Assembly (NCBI RefSeq): GCF_009914755.1
Contig: NC_060935.1
Length of the DNA stretch: 64,000 nt
DNA from: the human T2T-CHM13v2.0 reference genome, Homo sapiens
Direction: 5' to 3' (one strand)
A program made the position numbers and the translations under genes. Positions 43,601-60,200 of the stretch are shown here, piece after piece. Under the pieces are notes generated by a model. It made no database searches. It worked only from the letters and a program-made list of their open reading frames with translations, and was not told the DNA's origin. The stretch's first letter is position 1, and each line of letters opens with the position of its first letter.

Positions 43601-46600
43601 AAAGCTACTCCATGTAAATGGAAACCAAAAGCGAGCAGAAGCAGCTATACGTATATTAAATAAAACAGAATTTAAGTCACAAACAGAAAAAAAAGACAAA
43701 GAAGGTCATTATATAATGAACAAGGGATCAATTGAACAAAAGGATATAGCAATTCTAAATACAGATGCAGCCAACACTGCAGTACCCACATTCATAAAGC
43801 AAATATTACTAGATCTAAAGAGATAGATGTGCTTCATTACAATAGTAGTAGGGGACTTCAACACCCTACTCTCAGACAAATCATCTAGAAAGAAAATCAA
43901 CAGAGAAACGTTGTATTTAAACTGGGCTTAAAACCAAATGGACCCTACAGACATTTACAGAACATTCAACCCAACAACCACAGAATATACATTCTTTTAA
44001 TTAGCACATGGAACATTCTATAGGATAGACCATATGATAGGCTACAAAACAAGGTTCATCACATTTCAATAAATTAAAATCATATCAAGTATTTCCTCCA
44101 ACCAAAATGGAATAAAACTAGAAATCATTACCAAAACAAACTCTAGGAACTATAGAAATACATGGAAATTCTACAACATGTTCCTGAATGACCATTGGGT
44201 CAAGAAAGAAATTAAGATGAAAGTTTTAAAATTTATGAAAACTGAAACACAATATACCAAAACCTGTGGGATACAGCAAAAGCAGTGCTAACAAGGAAGT
44301 TCATAGCAATAAATACCTACATCAAAAAAGTAGAAAAATTACAAATGAACAATTTAACAATGCACCTAAAGGAACTAGAAAAGCAAGATAAAATCAAACC
44401 CAAAATTAGCAGAAGAAAAGAAATAATAAATATCAGAGCAGAACTAAATGAAATAGAGATATTACAACATGCAAAAGATCAACAAAACAAGAAACTGTTT
44501 CCTTGAAACAATAAACAAAACTGATAAACTGCTAGCTAGACTAACCAAGAAAAGAAGAGGAAGAGGCAAATAAATAAAATCAGAAATGAAAAAGAAGACA
44601 TTACAAGTGATACCAAAGAAATACAAAAGATCATCCAGAGACTATTATGAAAAACTGTACACTGACAAATCGGAAAATCTAGAGGAAATAAAGAAATTCC
44701 TGGAAAAATACAGTCTACCGGGATTAAATCAAGAAGAATAGAAATTTTGAACAAAGCAATGATAAGTAAAAAGTGAATCCAGAATAAAATGCCTCTTAAC
44801 AAAGAAAAGCTCAGGGCTAGATGAATTCATAACCAAATTCTAACACTTGTATAAACAAGAACTAATACCAATCTTGAAACTATTCCAAAAAATCAAAAAG
44901 GAGAGAATTCTCACTAACTTATTCTATGAGGCCAGCACAACCCTGATACCAAAACAGACAAAGACACAACCAAAAAAAGAAAACTAACGCCAATATATCT
45001 GATAAACAAACACAAAAATCCTCAACAAAATACTAGCAAGACAAATCCAACAAAACGTCAATGAAATTAATACAACATGATCAAGTGGGATTTATGCCAG
45101 GGATGTAAGGATGGTTCAACATATGCAAATCAATAAATGTAGCATATCTTATCAACAAAATGAAAGATAAAAAACACATTATTGTCTCAATGGGTGCAGA
45201 AAAAGCATTTGAAAAAATTTCACATTCCTTCATGATAAAAACTCTCAATAAACTAAGTATATAAGAAACATACCTCAAAATAATAAAGGCCATATACAAT
45301 AAACCCATAGCTAACATCATACTGAATGGAGGAATTAGCATTTCCTCTAAGAACTGGAACAAGCCCACTCTAACCACTCCTATTGAACTAACCCTAGAAG
45401 TCCTAACCAGATCAATCAGGCAAAAGAAATAAAAGGCATCAAACTTGTAAAGGAAAAGTCAAATTGTCTCTCTTTACTAATAATATGATCTTATATCCAG
45501 AAAAGTCTAAAGACTCCACTAAAAAACTCTTAGATTTGATAAATGAATTCAATAAATTTGCAGGACATAAAATCAACATACAAAAATCAGTAGCATTTCT
45601 ATACACTAATAATGATATAGTCAAGAAAGAAATCAAAAAATCAATCCCACTTACAATGGCTATAAAAAAATAAATACCTAAGAATAAATTTAACCAAGGA
45701 GATGAAATATCTCTACAAAGGAAACTACAAAATGCTGATGAAAGAAATTAAAGATGACACAAATGGAGAAAATCCCAAGCTCATGAATCAGAAGAATTAA
45801 TATCATTAAAATGACAATATTGTCCAAGACAATTTTCAGATTCAGTGTAATCCCTATCAAAATAACATTATTCTTTACAAAATGAGAAAAAACATTCTAA
45901 AATTCACGTGGAACCAGAAAAGAGCCTGAATAGCCAAAGCAGTACTTGGCGGGGCAAGATGGGGACCTCTAAGATGGAGGCATCACATTACCTGACTTCA
46001 AAATATATTACAAGGCTATAGTAATCAAAACAGCAGAGTATTGATATAAAAATAGACATATAAACCAAAGGAACAGAAGAAACCCATATTAAAGCCACAT
46101 ATTTACAGCAAACTGATTCTCTACAAAACCAACGGGAACTTATATTGGGGAAAGAGCACCCTCATCAACAAGTGGTTCTGGGAAAATTGGATAGCCACAT
46201 GCAAAAGAATGAAACTGGACCTCTATCTCTCATCATATACAAAAATCAACTCAAAATGGATTAAATGCTTAATTGTAAAACCTGTAGCCATAAAAATACT
46301 AGAAGAAAACCTAGGAAAAACTCTTCTGGACATTTGTCTAGGCAAAGGATTTATGAATAAGACCTCAAAAGCACAGGCAACAAAAGCAAAAGAAGATAAA
46401 TGAGTCTTAGTTATACTATAAAGCTTCTGCATAGCAAACAAAATACGAGTGAAGAGACAACATGTTGAATGGTAAAAAATATTTGAAAACTATTAATGTA
46501 ACAAAGGACTAATATCCAGAATATATAAGGAACTTAAACAACTCAACAGGAAAACAAACAACGAATAATCCCATTTAAAAGTGGGCAAAGAAGATGAATA

Positions 46601-47530
46601 GACCTTTCTTAAAATAAGACATACGTCCATTTACTGTAGGGGGAAAAAAAAACAAAAAAGACATACAAATGGCCAACAGTTATATGAAAAAAATGCTCAA
46701 CATCAGTAACAATCAGAGAAATGCAAATCAAAACCACAATGAGATATCATCTTATCCCAGAATGGCCATTGTTAAAAAGAAAAAGATAAAAAATAGCAAA
46801 TGTTGGCAAAGATGCAGAGAAAGGGAAGGCTTATACACTGTTGGTGGGAATGTTAACTAGTAAAGCTACTGTAAAAAACAGTATGGATATTTCTCAAAGA
46901 ACTAAAATAGAATTACCATTCAATCCAGCAATTCCACAACTGGGTGTCTATCCAAGGGGAAAAAAAAAATCAATATATCCAAGGGATACCTGCACTTAAC
47001 GTGTTTATTACAGCACTATTTACAATAGCCAAGACATAAAATGAACCTAAGTGCCCATCAATGGATGCATGCATGAAGAAAGTGTAGTATATATACACAG
47101 TAGAATACTATTTGGCCATAAAAAAATGAATTCATGTCATTTGCAACAACATGAATACAATGGAGATCATTATCTTAAGTGAAATATGCCAGGTACAAAA
47201 GGCAAATATCACATGTTCTAACTCGTATATGAGAGCTAAAAAAAAATTGATCACATGGAGGTACAGAGTGGAAAGATAGATAACTGAGACTATGAAGGTG
47301 ACTAACGGAGTGAGAGAGTGAAGTGTGTTAAAGAATATAAGCATACAGTTAAATAGAAGGAATAAATTCAATGTTTGAGAGCAGAGTGGGGTGACTATAC
47401 AAAAATATATTGTATTTGGGTGATGGACACTGTAAATACCGTGACTTGATCACTACACATCATATACATATAACAAAATTTCGCATGTATCCCATAAATG
47501 TATACAAATTTTAAAATACTTTTTAAAAAG
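40610..47530 (+). mobile_element. Near full-length (~6.9 kb) decayed L1MA-like element
   Basis: 5'UTR beginning GGGGCTTCAAGAT, ORF1 and ORF2 remnants (EN, RT, C-terminus), 3'UTR and A tail; flanking near-repeat GAAAACAAAAGGCA; frames broken by stops and frameshifts. Confidence 0.9.
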
Positions 47531-48229
47531 AAAACAAAAAGGCAAGATGGTAAATTTAAACCCCGAAGAGTATACACTACAATAAAATGTTAATATTAGA
47601 ATCTGAGTATAGACATATGGATGATAACTGTAAAATTATTTCTGCTTTATTGTATATTTAAAATTTCCATAATAAAATGTTGGAAAAATGCATTTCAACC
47701 AGAAGAAAATATATTTATATTGTATGATTAAATTCATGCAAAGTTTAACAGGCAAAAGTAATCTTTACATAAGGTGGTCAGAATAATTGTTACCCTTAGG
47801 GATGTGGTCTGGGAGAGTGCTTCATAAAGTGTTTTTGGGTTGCTAGAAATGTTCTATATCTTGATCTGAGTGATGCTTATGTGTGTGTGTGTGTAAAATT
47901 TATTATTAGATTTTACACTTTTTAGTACGTGAGTTATTCCTTACTTTTGAAAAATCCTACCAGGTTAAGTTCAGAGGTCATTGATGATATTTAAAACCCA
48001 TTATTTTTCCTTACTTATAGAAATATATAGGAGAAAGCAGATTCTTTGCTCAGTTTATTATGAGAATAAAATCAAATCTGAGTAATTTAGTGACAGGTTG
48101 GATTTCATATTTTAGAGTGTTTGGGGTCTAAGTTATTCAGAATCTCTTAGTTTCACAGTTTCAAGCTGGCACAGGATGGTTTCAGCACCATCAGAATTCA
48201 GATTTCTGTACTTGGCACCTTTATACTTA

Positions 48230-48750
48230 TCTCACTCCTGGACATCTCCACTTGAATGCTTCAACATCACATCAAAAATCTTAAGTCTACAAGTGAGTCT
48301 ATTATCTCAAAGTACTCTCTCTCTTCTCTCCCTAAATTCCTTTTCCTTGTTCTATTTTTATCAGATAACCACTACTCTTATTATTACCCACTTGAAAACT
48401 CATCTTTGAGCTTCTCCTGTCTCTAACTCACGAAGATTTTTTTATGCTCTCTTTTTAACATTTCTCACATGCATCCTTTTGGCCATGATCCTATCAGCTT
48501 ATTGGAATAAATTCCTAACTAGTATTCTGGCTCCAGCCTCACTCCTTGGCTATCACAGCACCACCAGATAAACTTTCCCTCCATGTTCACGGCACTCCCC
48601 TACTGCACATGTTTCAGTAGGTCACCATTCTTGGTAGGATAAAATTCAAATTTCTTAATATAACATTCAAGGCCTTCTGTGCTGTCCCAATCTGCTTTTC
48701 TAACCTAATCTCCCAATTGTCCCTAACATGTACCTGGCACTCCACCAGTA
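48230..48750. mobile_element. L2 LINE fragment
   Basis: CCTGGACATCTCCACTTGAATG, GGATAAAATTCAAATTTCTT..CATTCAAGGCC L2-type motifs. Confidence 0.6.
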
Positions 48751-50465
48751 TTATTAATTAAATGTACACTGCATAATTCTCTCTCAAGACCTGTTTATTC
48801 TTAAAGACAAAGGTAAACCTTCACTCCCTGAGACATTTCTGCAGAAACAACTTTCTCCTTGAAATGCTTTTGTAGTTCTATGTACCACTTACCTGACAGG
48901 TAACTCTAGGCAACATTTCTATGTTGTTCAACTTTTTCACTGTCCACATTTTATGCCTTTAAACCTGGAGGAAGCTCTTTGAAGATAAGAGCCATGTTGG
49001 GATTTTGAGTGCATGTGAGATAAATCTGAGGATATTTTGCAAGATTAGTTCACACATGGCACTGCAACTGTGAAATGGAAGAATGATTGTGAAGTCATCT
49101 GTGCATCTGTAGGCCAGAGTTGATTTTTTTAATTAAATAAATAAATAGAAGAACTCATCTGTGCAGATGCAGGAAAGCTTAATTCACAATTGCATCTCCA
49201 AATTACCTCTAAAACTGTTATGTGTCTATTCCTTTAATGTTAGGATATAATATTGTCATTGTTCAGATGACACATTGTTCACTCAGCCAGGGTATCTTGA
49301 CTCAATTGAAAGTTAGAGTTAAGAAATCTGGGTTCCTTCCTGTTTTCTAGAACTACCTGGCTGTGTAATCTTGGATCAATTCCTCTCAACCTCATCTTTT
49401 CTATAGACAAAACAAGAAGTTTAGATTAGATGAGCCCTAAATCTCTTCTAATTCTAAAATTATATTGGTATTTATCTTCTATTTATTTTGTGAACTTCAT
49501 ATTATCCTCACTTCAGCAAAAGCTAGGGTTAAGCAAAGAAGCTTACATTTTTTGAACACCTATACTATCTTTGCCACAGTACCTGAAATAACTTTTGTTA
49601 TATAGACTCTGAGGGTTTGAGTGATTTGTGTAAGTTCCCACAGCTATCAAGTGATAGAATAAACTTTTGATCCTCAGAATTTCCAAGTTGATTAAATCCA
49701 AAGCCAAGTCTTTTTCTACTACTCAAGAGGCTCAAGTAAGATCTGCTAAAAAGAAGAACTAATAAACAAATTAATAAATCTGAAACATTGGCCAAGAATA
49801 AATATTGGCATATATTTATATTGCATTTAAATAATAATTTTGCTATATAATGTCCTTATTAGAATCCATGCCAATATTAGAATTATAATAGTTTACATTT
49901 GTATAAACTTTTATAATCTACCTACAGTATCTCATGACCCTCATACCTTTTAAGTGGGTGCAACAGGCATTATTATCACCATTATGTAAGAGAAGAAACC
50001 AAGACCTGGAGAAGTTAAGCAACTTCCTCTAAACACAAGGTAGCTAGTGTAGAGATAGCATAGTAGAGTGATTAAAAGGCTGGGTTTTGAAATTCTACAG
50101 GCCTGAAATCAAATGCCAGTTCACTCTCTTCTTACCTGTGTAACATCACATGAGTTGCTTAACTTCTTATCTGAGAAATGGGGTGGCAGAAGTGCCTGCC
50201 ACATGGGATTTTTATGAAAAATGTATGAGGAAATATAAGGCATTGAGTACTATGTCTAGCCTATAGTAACAAATATTAACTCTTAACAATGGTAGAACCC
50301 CCACTTCTAAATCAAAATTTCATGTCCTCTCCACTGCACCTCATGATCTTTTGATTCTTCCAAAAAAATCTCCTTTGAATAAGAAATAAGTCATAGTTTT
50401 ATCATCAATTCGGTACTATAATAAGGTGCATAAATAGCACACCAAAGGAGGTATTAATGACTTAC

Positions 50466-50642
50466 CTTCAATAAAAGGTTGAGTTATTTTCCAGGAGTGA
50501 TGGTGGCTGATTTGCTTTAAGCCATTCAATGCTCTTATCCAATCCCCAAATGACCAATTATTGCACCTGCAAGATGACTCCTCCAATTGTATTTCTTTCC
50601 TAATTGTGAATCAGAGTTTTTCTCCAGATAAAGATAACTAGC
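50466..50642 (-). ncRNA. Candidate 177-nt non-coding exon on minus strand
   Basis: Branch-like GCTAAT ~35 nt upstream, acceptor TCTGTCCCCTTACAG|G at 50643/50642, consensus donor AAG|GTAAGT at 50466/50465; stops in all frames; unique DNA. Confidence 0.4.
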
Positions 50643-51475
50643 CTGTAAGGGGACAGACCCCAGGAATCTAGCCTCATTAGCACGAAATGCTAAACAATTG
50701 ATTCAACCATTCTAGGCCCATCAGTATTTAGTCACATGTACCAAATTTACTTTTTTTTATCATAAATGAAAGATCCTCGGTCTTGATCAAGAATTAATTA
50801 GGCTCTATTTTTATTATGTTCTGGAATATAAACTGGAAATAAATTTTAGAATGGTGGTACCATTTTTTTCTTTTTATTTCACATGCAGCCACTATAATAC
50901 CTGGAGTTTCAAAATGAGAGTGTTTATATAGTAACTCTCATTGGTTGTGAGCATGCTGGCAGTGGATCAAAACCCCAGCCAAGTTTTGCAGCAGTAATTT
51001 TATTTTGATTTTAATTAGTATCAATTAGGGCTAAAAAAATAGACAGTCTGGATAAACAATGTGCAGTTGGCTTTAACAAGTAAATTAGATATTTTGCAGA
51101 AAGGAAAGGGGGGAAAATCAAGGGAAACTCTACTTTATTCTTTCCAACCCCCTCCTCCTCCCCCATTGCTGTTGCTGCAGGCAACTCAGCCTTTCAGAAT
51201 GCTATCTATGTTAATATTTCACAGAGACCCCTATGTGCTTAGGGGTGCCAAAGTTGGAAAATTTATATATCTCTGATTGATGCTAATGGGGTTTATATTG
51301 TCTAGCATTGGATCCCTACCTCACATATGAACATTCTTTTCCCTCTGAATTCTTCCAGGTTTGTAATCCAGAACCCACTGAGAAATTCCCTTTTCCCTTT
51401 CTCTTTCTGCATCTTCACATCCAGGCCCAGGTTATCTTGTGAATAAGAAACTCTATAATTGTCATGAAAGGCATC

Positions 51476-53478
<2,003 letters not shown>

Positions 53479-55543
53479 GTACATCTCAGCTTGGTAAGTG
53501 TCTATTCACTTCTTAATAACAATGCAGGTCTTCAAGAGATCTTAAAATGAGATAGTGAGGAAATAGCCTCTACAGAAACTGAAGGGGCCAGTCTTGCCAT
53601 TTCATATAGACCATTTGACATCACCAAATATCTCCTATCACTCAAGTTTTTGTCTAGTGGATCTTCTGTAGATATGAACTTCCAGACTCAATGTTTCATA
53701 CATTGTTGAGACCATTTAATCAGAAACTGAACACAGTCCAGATCAAAACAGATAAATATAGGCAACATTTCCAAATGTGGAATTGGCGAAGGAATAGTTC
53801 TTCAGCCTACAATATTCTCTATAGCTTTAAGCAAAATTAGGTCCTAACCCATGGTTTCCAGAACAAAACCAATGACTTCTTAGCTGATTTGCCTCAATTC
53901 ATCGATTGACCTACCTCTTGTGAAATATGATTCAAGTGTTTCTTTTTAGAGCCTTATACCTTTTTGGGGGTTATTTGGCGTTGAGAAAAGGAAATTGTGA
54001 GAAATCTGGAATCCAAATTAGTGATGATCAGACAACATTCACTCACATCCTCTTCACCGTAGCTCCTTAAAGCCAGCCTTTCAATCAGACACCAATTCTC
54101 AGGCCTCCTCCTCCTGGATCCAGTTATCAGGACTGCACTAGAAAAGCCTTCCCTGGACATTAACTTCTTACTTTTTTTTATTTAAAAAAAGAAAAAATGC
54201 AAAATGCAAACAAAACACTTGTAATTTAAACTTCCTGGTATCCAAAATCATAATGTATTCTCTACATGGAAATCCATAATCAAATGTCAAATATATGTAT
54301 ATATATGTATGTGTGTATGTACAGCTTTGTAATACATATAGATTATATGCAGTATGTACATATAATTTTTATTCATTCACTTTTGCAGATCAAAGCATGT
54401 TTTTAAGCCAAGCTGCCTTTTCTATGCTTATGTGGCTAAGCAGGGTTAGAGTGCATTTTTAGCTATGCAATCTTATCTTTATTAAAAAATGTTTTCTTAC
54501 TTTCCTATTTTGTATATCCCTCATCTTCTTTGTGAGGGTATAGCTATGCAGTCTTGAATCACTTCAGCCAGAGTAATCCTCTGGATCAATGGTTCTCAAC
54601 ACATTAGACTTACATAAAGAACTTTTTTACAATCAGAAGCCCAAAGCATACCTCAGTCTAATTAAATCTCTATAGTTTTTAAAGCTCTCCAGATGATTCC
54701 AATATAAAGTCAAAATTGAAAACCTTTCACCTAGTCAATCAATAAGTCAGTATTGATAGTTTAGTATATGTCTTCTTTCACCCTTTTGGCTATACTCATA
54801 CAATCATACAAAAAAAAAAACATTCAAACTAAAGAATTTTGATTAATTAAAACATGGCATATTAGCATGCATAGTACTCAGCACCTTGCTGTTTTAACCC
54901 AACAATTTACCATAGACATCCCTCCAAGTCACCACGTATAGTTCTAAGTCATAGAACAATTTTGTTAGAAGAGTGGCATACTAAAAATAGTATTTTCAGA
55001 TTAACAATCTGGTGGCATTATATAGGAAGAATTCGAGATCAAAGGGACTAGAGATTTCCTAGGGGAAAGCTAACAAAATAGTTAAGAGATGAAAGCCAAG
55101 GTCTCAAACAAGAGAGGTGGCAATGGCACTGGAAAAGGGTGCAGAAATAGAATTATCAGGAAGAACAAACCATTGCCCTTAATAATTGACTGAACTAGAA
55201 GACAGGGAAGTGGGAAGAATTAAAGGTAGTTCTAGCATTTTATCTTGGAAGCCTAAAAGAATAATTCAATTGAAAACTAATTATGAGAGCAAGTTAAATG
55301 AGGAAGAAATGATTGGTTCCATTTTATACAATCCTCGTAGCCTGCCCTATAAATTTCAGACTTGCCTAGCTGCACACCACAGCAGCAAAAAACCAATTCC
55401 TTGTAATACATTTCTTAGCATATATCTCCTACTGGTTCTGTTTGTCTGGCTGAACCCTGACTGATACGATAGCCTTCAATTATACAGTAAAATGAATAGT
55501 AAGAAAGGAAAGAGAGGAAAGAGAAATAAAAGAAGGAATAAGT

Positions 55544-55937
<394 letters not shown>

Positions 55938-57255
55938 TCAATAAATCAAAACAATTAGCTGTGCAGTAATCTTGTCTCCCCCATTATATGATTATTCTGG
56001 TAGAGGTTAAGCCTGCATATTCCATATTCATTTTAAAATCTTTCATTATACCTGGCATGTTATCCCTGGATCAGTATATGTTTGTGCTTCACTGATTCTT
56101 TCCTTATAAACCTGTGAATATATTTTCTTATCTTTGCTCTCCTAACCAAACTTTTAAGTAAGATCTAAGATTTAATGAGACCAGTTACATATCTTCTATT
56201 GCCACAGATAGGAGAATCCTCTGGTCTTCTCCAGTTGGTTCAGAACCCTGGGAAAGAAAGAAACAGAAAGAGAGAGAGAGAAAGAAAGAAAGAAAAGGAA
56301 GGAAGGAAGGAAAAAAAGAGAGAGAAGAGGCAAGGGGACAGGGGATATTATTTATTGAGTGACCCAAGTACCCAACAATAGAATTCATAGGACTCTTGTA
56401 AAATTGGTATCTTGATGCTTGACTACATAGTATCTACAGCTGTGACAGTGTAATCAAGGTATTGCCCACAACAGACCTATCTGTGCACAATCACCATCTG
56501 TCATTTTTTTACATGGATAATGAAGGAAATCTTGTCTATAATTCAATAGACAAATTAAAATTATCATAGACAAGTACTGATTTTGTTTTACCAATACACT
56601 TATTCATTTCTTCTGGTCATGGCAATTCAGAGGGGTGGATACAAGACTTAAGCTAAAAGATAATATCTCATATCTTTGTTCAAGGATAGAATCTAGGACT
56701 AAACTGGCCAATCAGAATTCCCAGGAATTGTTTTCTCTGGAGCTCAGAGAGAGAAAAATTCTTTCCTTTTTTTTTCCTACACAGTGGTAAGGCTGTGAAC
56801 CCAGAGCTACAGGCTGCCATGCACCACCCATATGAGGAAGTCTGCCTACAACGGGAGAGAATTAGCCAACTGTCAAGAAAAACAGACCAGGGAGGGAGGA
56901 GGCGTATCATCAGTATTGCAACCTCCTTTTAATTGTTTCCTGCTGCATTCTGTTTCTCTTGATTATGTCAACAAATAGAGGCCCCTTTCTGTTTAAACTG
57001 GGTCAAGTTGACCTTCTGTTACTTGCACTCAAAAGAGTCTTAATACAAATCATAATCAAGGAGAAAATCCCAAATATTAGAGCTGCATAAATGGTACTGA
57101 AAAGCAAGTTCTACCATGGAGGCAAGCTTGTAAACAGGAAACGAATCTGGGAATCAGGTGCCAAGGAGGTAAGGAAAAGGTCGAGGATCAGTGTGCAAGT
57201 CATGTTGTGCTGGTTCTTAAGATATTGTCTCTTAGCTTCAAATCTACCCTTCTAG

Positions 57256-60200
57256 GGAACACACTGACATGAAGAGGACGACTCAGTCTTGGAAGGATTC
57301 ATCATCTCCTGACTAAAGAGCCCTTGGGTCCTGAATAACTAGCAGTGATACCCAGGTAGTACACCATGGGCCTTGGGTGAGACTCTGAGACTTGCTGGCT
57401 TCAGGTGAGACCCAGCTCATTCCCAGCTTTGGTGGCTATGGTGAGAGACTCCTTCTGCTTGGGAAAAGCAGAGGCAAAAGTAAAGGAGACTTTGTCTTGC
57501 ACCTTAGATACCAGCTTGCCCACAGTGGGGTAGAGCACCAAGCGGGCCTTTGAGGTTTCCAAGTCCAGACTTAGGCTCCTGGAAAGCATTTCTGGACCTT
57601 CCTTGGCCAGAGGCAACCCACTGCCCTGAAGGGGAGTCCCAGGCCTCACAGCATTTACCACAAGCCGACTAAAGAGTCCTTGGGCTTTAAGTGAACATCA
57701 GCAGAGGTCTGGCAGAACTCCCCATGGGCCAATAGTGGCAGTGGTCACCAGGAGAGGTCCCTCTGCCTATGGAAAGGGGAGGGAAGAATGGGAAGGACTT
57801 GTAGTTGGAGGGTCAGCTTAGCCACAGTAGAATAGAATGCTGAATAGATTTCTAAGGTTTTTGACTCTAATCTCTGGCTCCCAGACAGCATCTCTGGACC
57901 CACCAGGAGCCTGGGCGAACATGGTACCCTAAAGAGAAGGACATAAACCTAGCTAGCTTTCCCCTTGCTGATTGTTCACTCTAGGGACTTAAGTGAACAT
58001 AGGCAGTAGCCAGGTAGTGGTTACAGCAGGCCACAGGCAAGACACAGTGCTGTGCTAGCTTCATTTCTGATTCAGCATAGTCCCAGTGGTGGTGGCCATA
58101 GTGTACTTGTATCAACCCGCCCCCAGCTCCAGACAGCACAAAGAGAGAGACATCACTTGTTCAGGAGAAAGTAAGGGAAGAGAACAAGAGTCTCTGCCTG
58201 GTAGTCCAGAGAATTCTTCCAGATCTTATCCAAGACCACTAAGGCTGCACCTCTATGAGTCTACAAGAACCACAGCATTATTGTACTTGGGGCCCAAATC
58301 CTTTCAAATACCTGGAAAGCCTGCTCAAGAAAGATAGGCACAAAAAAAACCCAGACTGCAAAGACTACAATAAATACCTAACTCTTTAATGCCCAGATAC
58401 AGATGAACATCTGCAAACATCAAGACCATCCAGGAAAACATGAAATCATGAAATGAAATAAATAAGGCACTAGGAGCCAATTCAAAAGAAACAGAGATAT
58501 ATGACCTTTCAGACAGATAATTCAAAATAGCTATTTTGAGGAAACTCAAAGAAATTCAAGACAACACAGAGAAGGAATTCAGATTTCTATCAGATAAATT
58601 TAACAGAGATTAAAATAATTTAAGAGAATCAAGCAGGAGTTCTAGAGTTGAAAACACAAGTAACATACTGAAAAATGCAGCAAAGTCTTTTAGTAGCAGA
58701 ATTGATCAAGCAGAAGAAAGAACTAGTGAGCTTGAAGACAGGCTACTTGAAAATACACAGAGGAGACTAAAGAAAAACAAGTAAACTACAACGGAACATG
58801 CCTACAGGATCTGCAAAATAGCCTCAAAAGTACAAATATAAGAGTTGTTGGCCGTATGGAGGAGGTAAGGAAAGAGATAGTGGTAGAAAGTTTATTCAAA
58901 GGATAACATCAGAGAACTTCCCAAACCTAAGGAAAGATAAACATTCAAGTACAAGAATGTGATAGAGCACCAAGCAGATTTAACACAAAGAAGACTACCT
59001 CAAGGCATTTAATAAGCAAACTCCCAAAGGTCAAAGATAAAGAAACTATCCTAAAAGCAACAAGAGAAAAGAAACAAATAACATGCAATGGAGCTCCAAT
59101 ACATCTGGCAGCAGATTTTCAGTGGAAACCTTACAGGCTAAGAAAGAGTAGCATGACATATTAAAAGTGCTGAAGGAAAAAAAACTTTTACCCTAGAATA
59201 GTACATCTGATGAAAATATTCTTCAAGCATGAAGAAATAAAGACTGTCCCAAACAAACAAGAGCTGAGGAATTTCATGAACACCATATCTGTCATACAAG
59301 AAATGCTAAAAGGAATTATTTAATTTGAAAGAAAATGATGCTAATGACCAATAAGAAATCATCTGAAGGTACAAAATTAACTGGTAACAGTAAGCACACA
59401 GAAAAACACAGAATTTAACACTGTAATTTTGATGTGCAAACTACTCTTATTTAAGTAGAGAGACTAAATGATGAACCAATTGAAAATAATAACTACAACT
59501 TGTCAAGACATAGACAGTACCACAAGACATAAAAAGAAACAACAAAAAGTTAAAAAGTGGGGAAATTGTGTTAAAGAAGTGTAGAGTTTTTATTGGTTTT
59601 CTTTTTGCTTGTTTGTTTGTTTTTGCAATCAATGTTAAGTTGTCATCAGTTCAAAATAATGGGTTATAAGACAGCATTTGCAAGCTTAACGGTAACCTGG
59701 AATTGAAAACATACAATGGATACAAAAAAAGAACAGCAAGAAATGAAGTCATACCACCAGAGAAAATCATCTTCACTTAAAGGAAGACAGGAAGGAAGGA
59801 AAGAAGGAAGAGAAGACCACAAAACAACCAGAAAACAAAAAAACACAGTGAACAAAGTAAGTCCTTACTTATCAATAATAATGTTGAATGTAAATGGACT
59901 AAACTCTCCAATCAAAAGACATAGAGCAGCTGAATGGATTAAAAATACAAGACCCAATGATCTGTTGCTTAGAAGAAGCTTCAACTATAAAGATACACAT
60001 AGACTGAAAGTAAAGCAATGAAAAAAGATATTCCATGTCAATGGAAACCAAAAAAGAGGAGGATTAGCTACCCTTATATCAGACAAAATAGATTTTAAGA
60101 CAAAAACTGAAAGAAGAGACAAAAAAGGTCATTATAGAATGATAAACGGGTCAACTCAGCAGCAGGATATAACAATTATAAATATATACACACCCAATGC

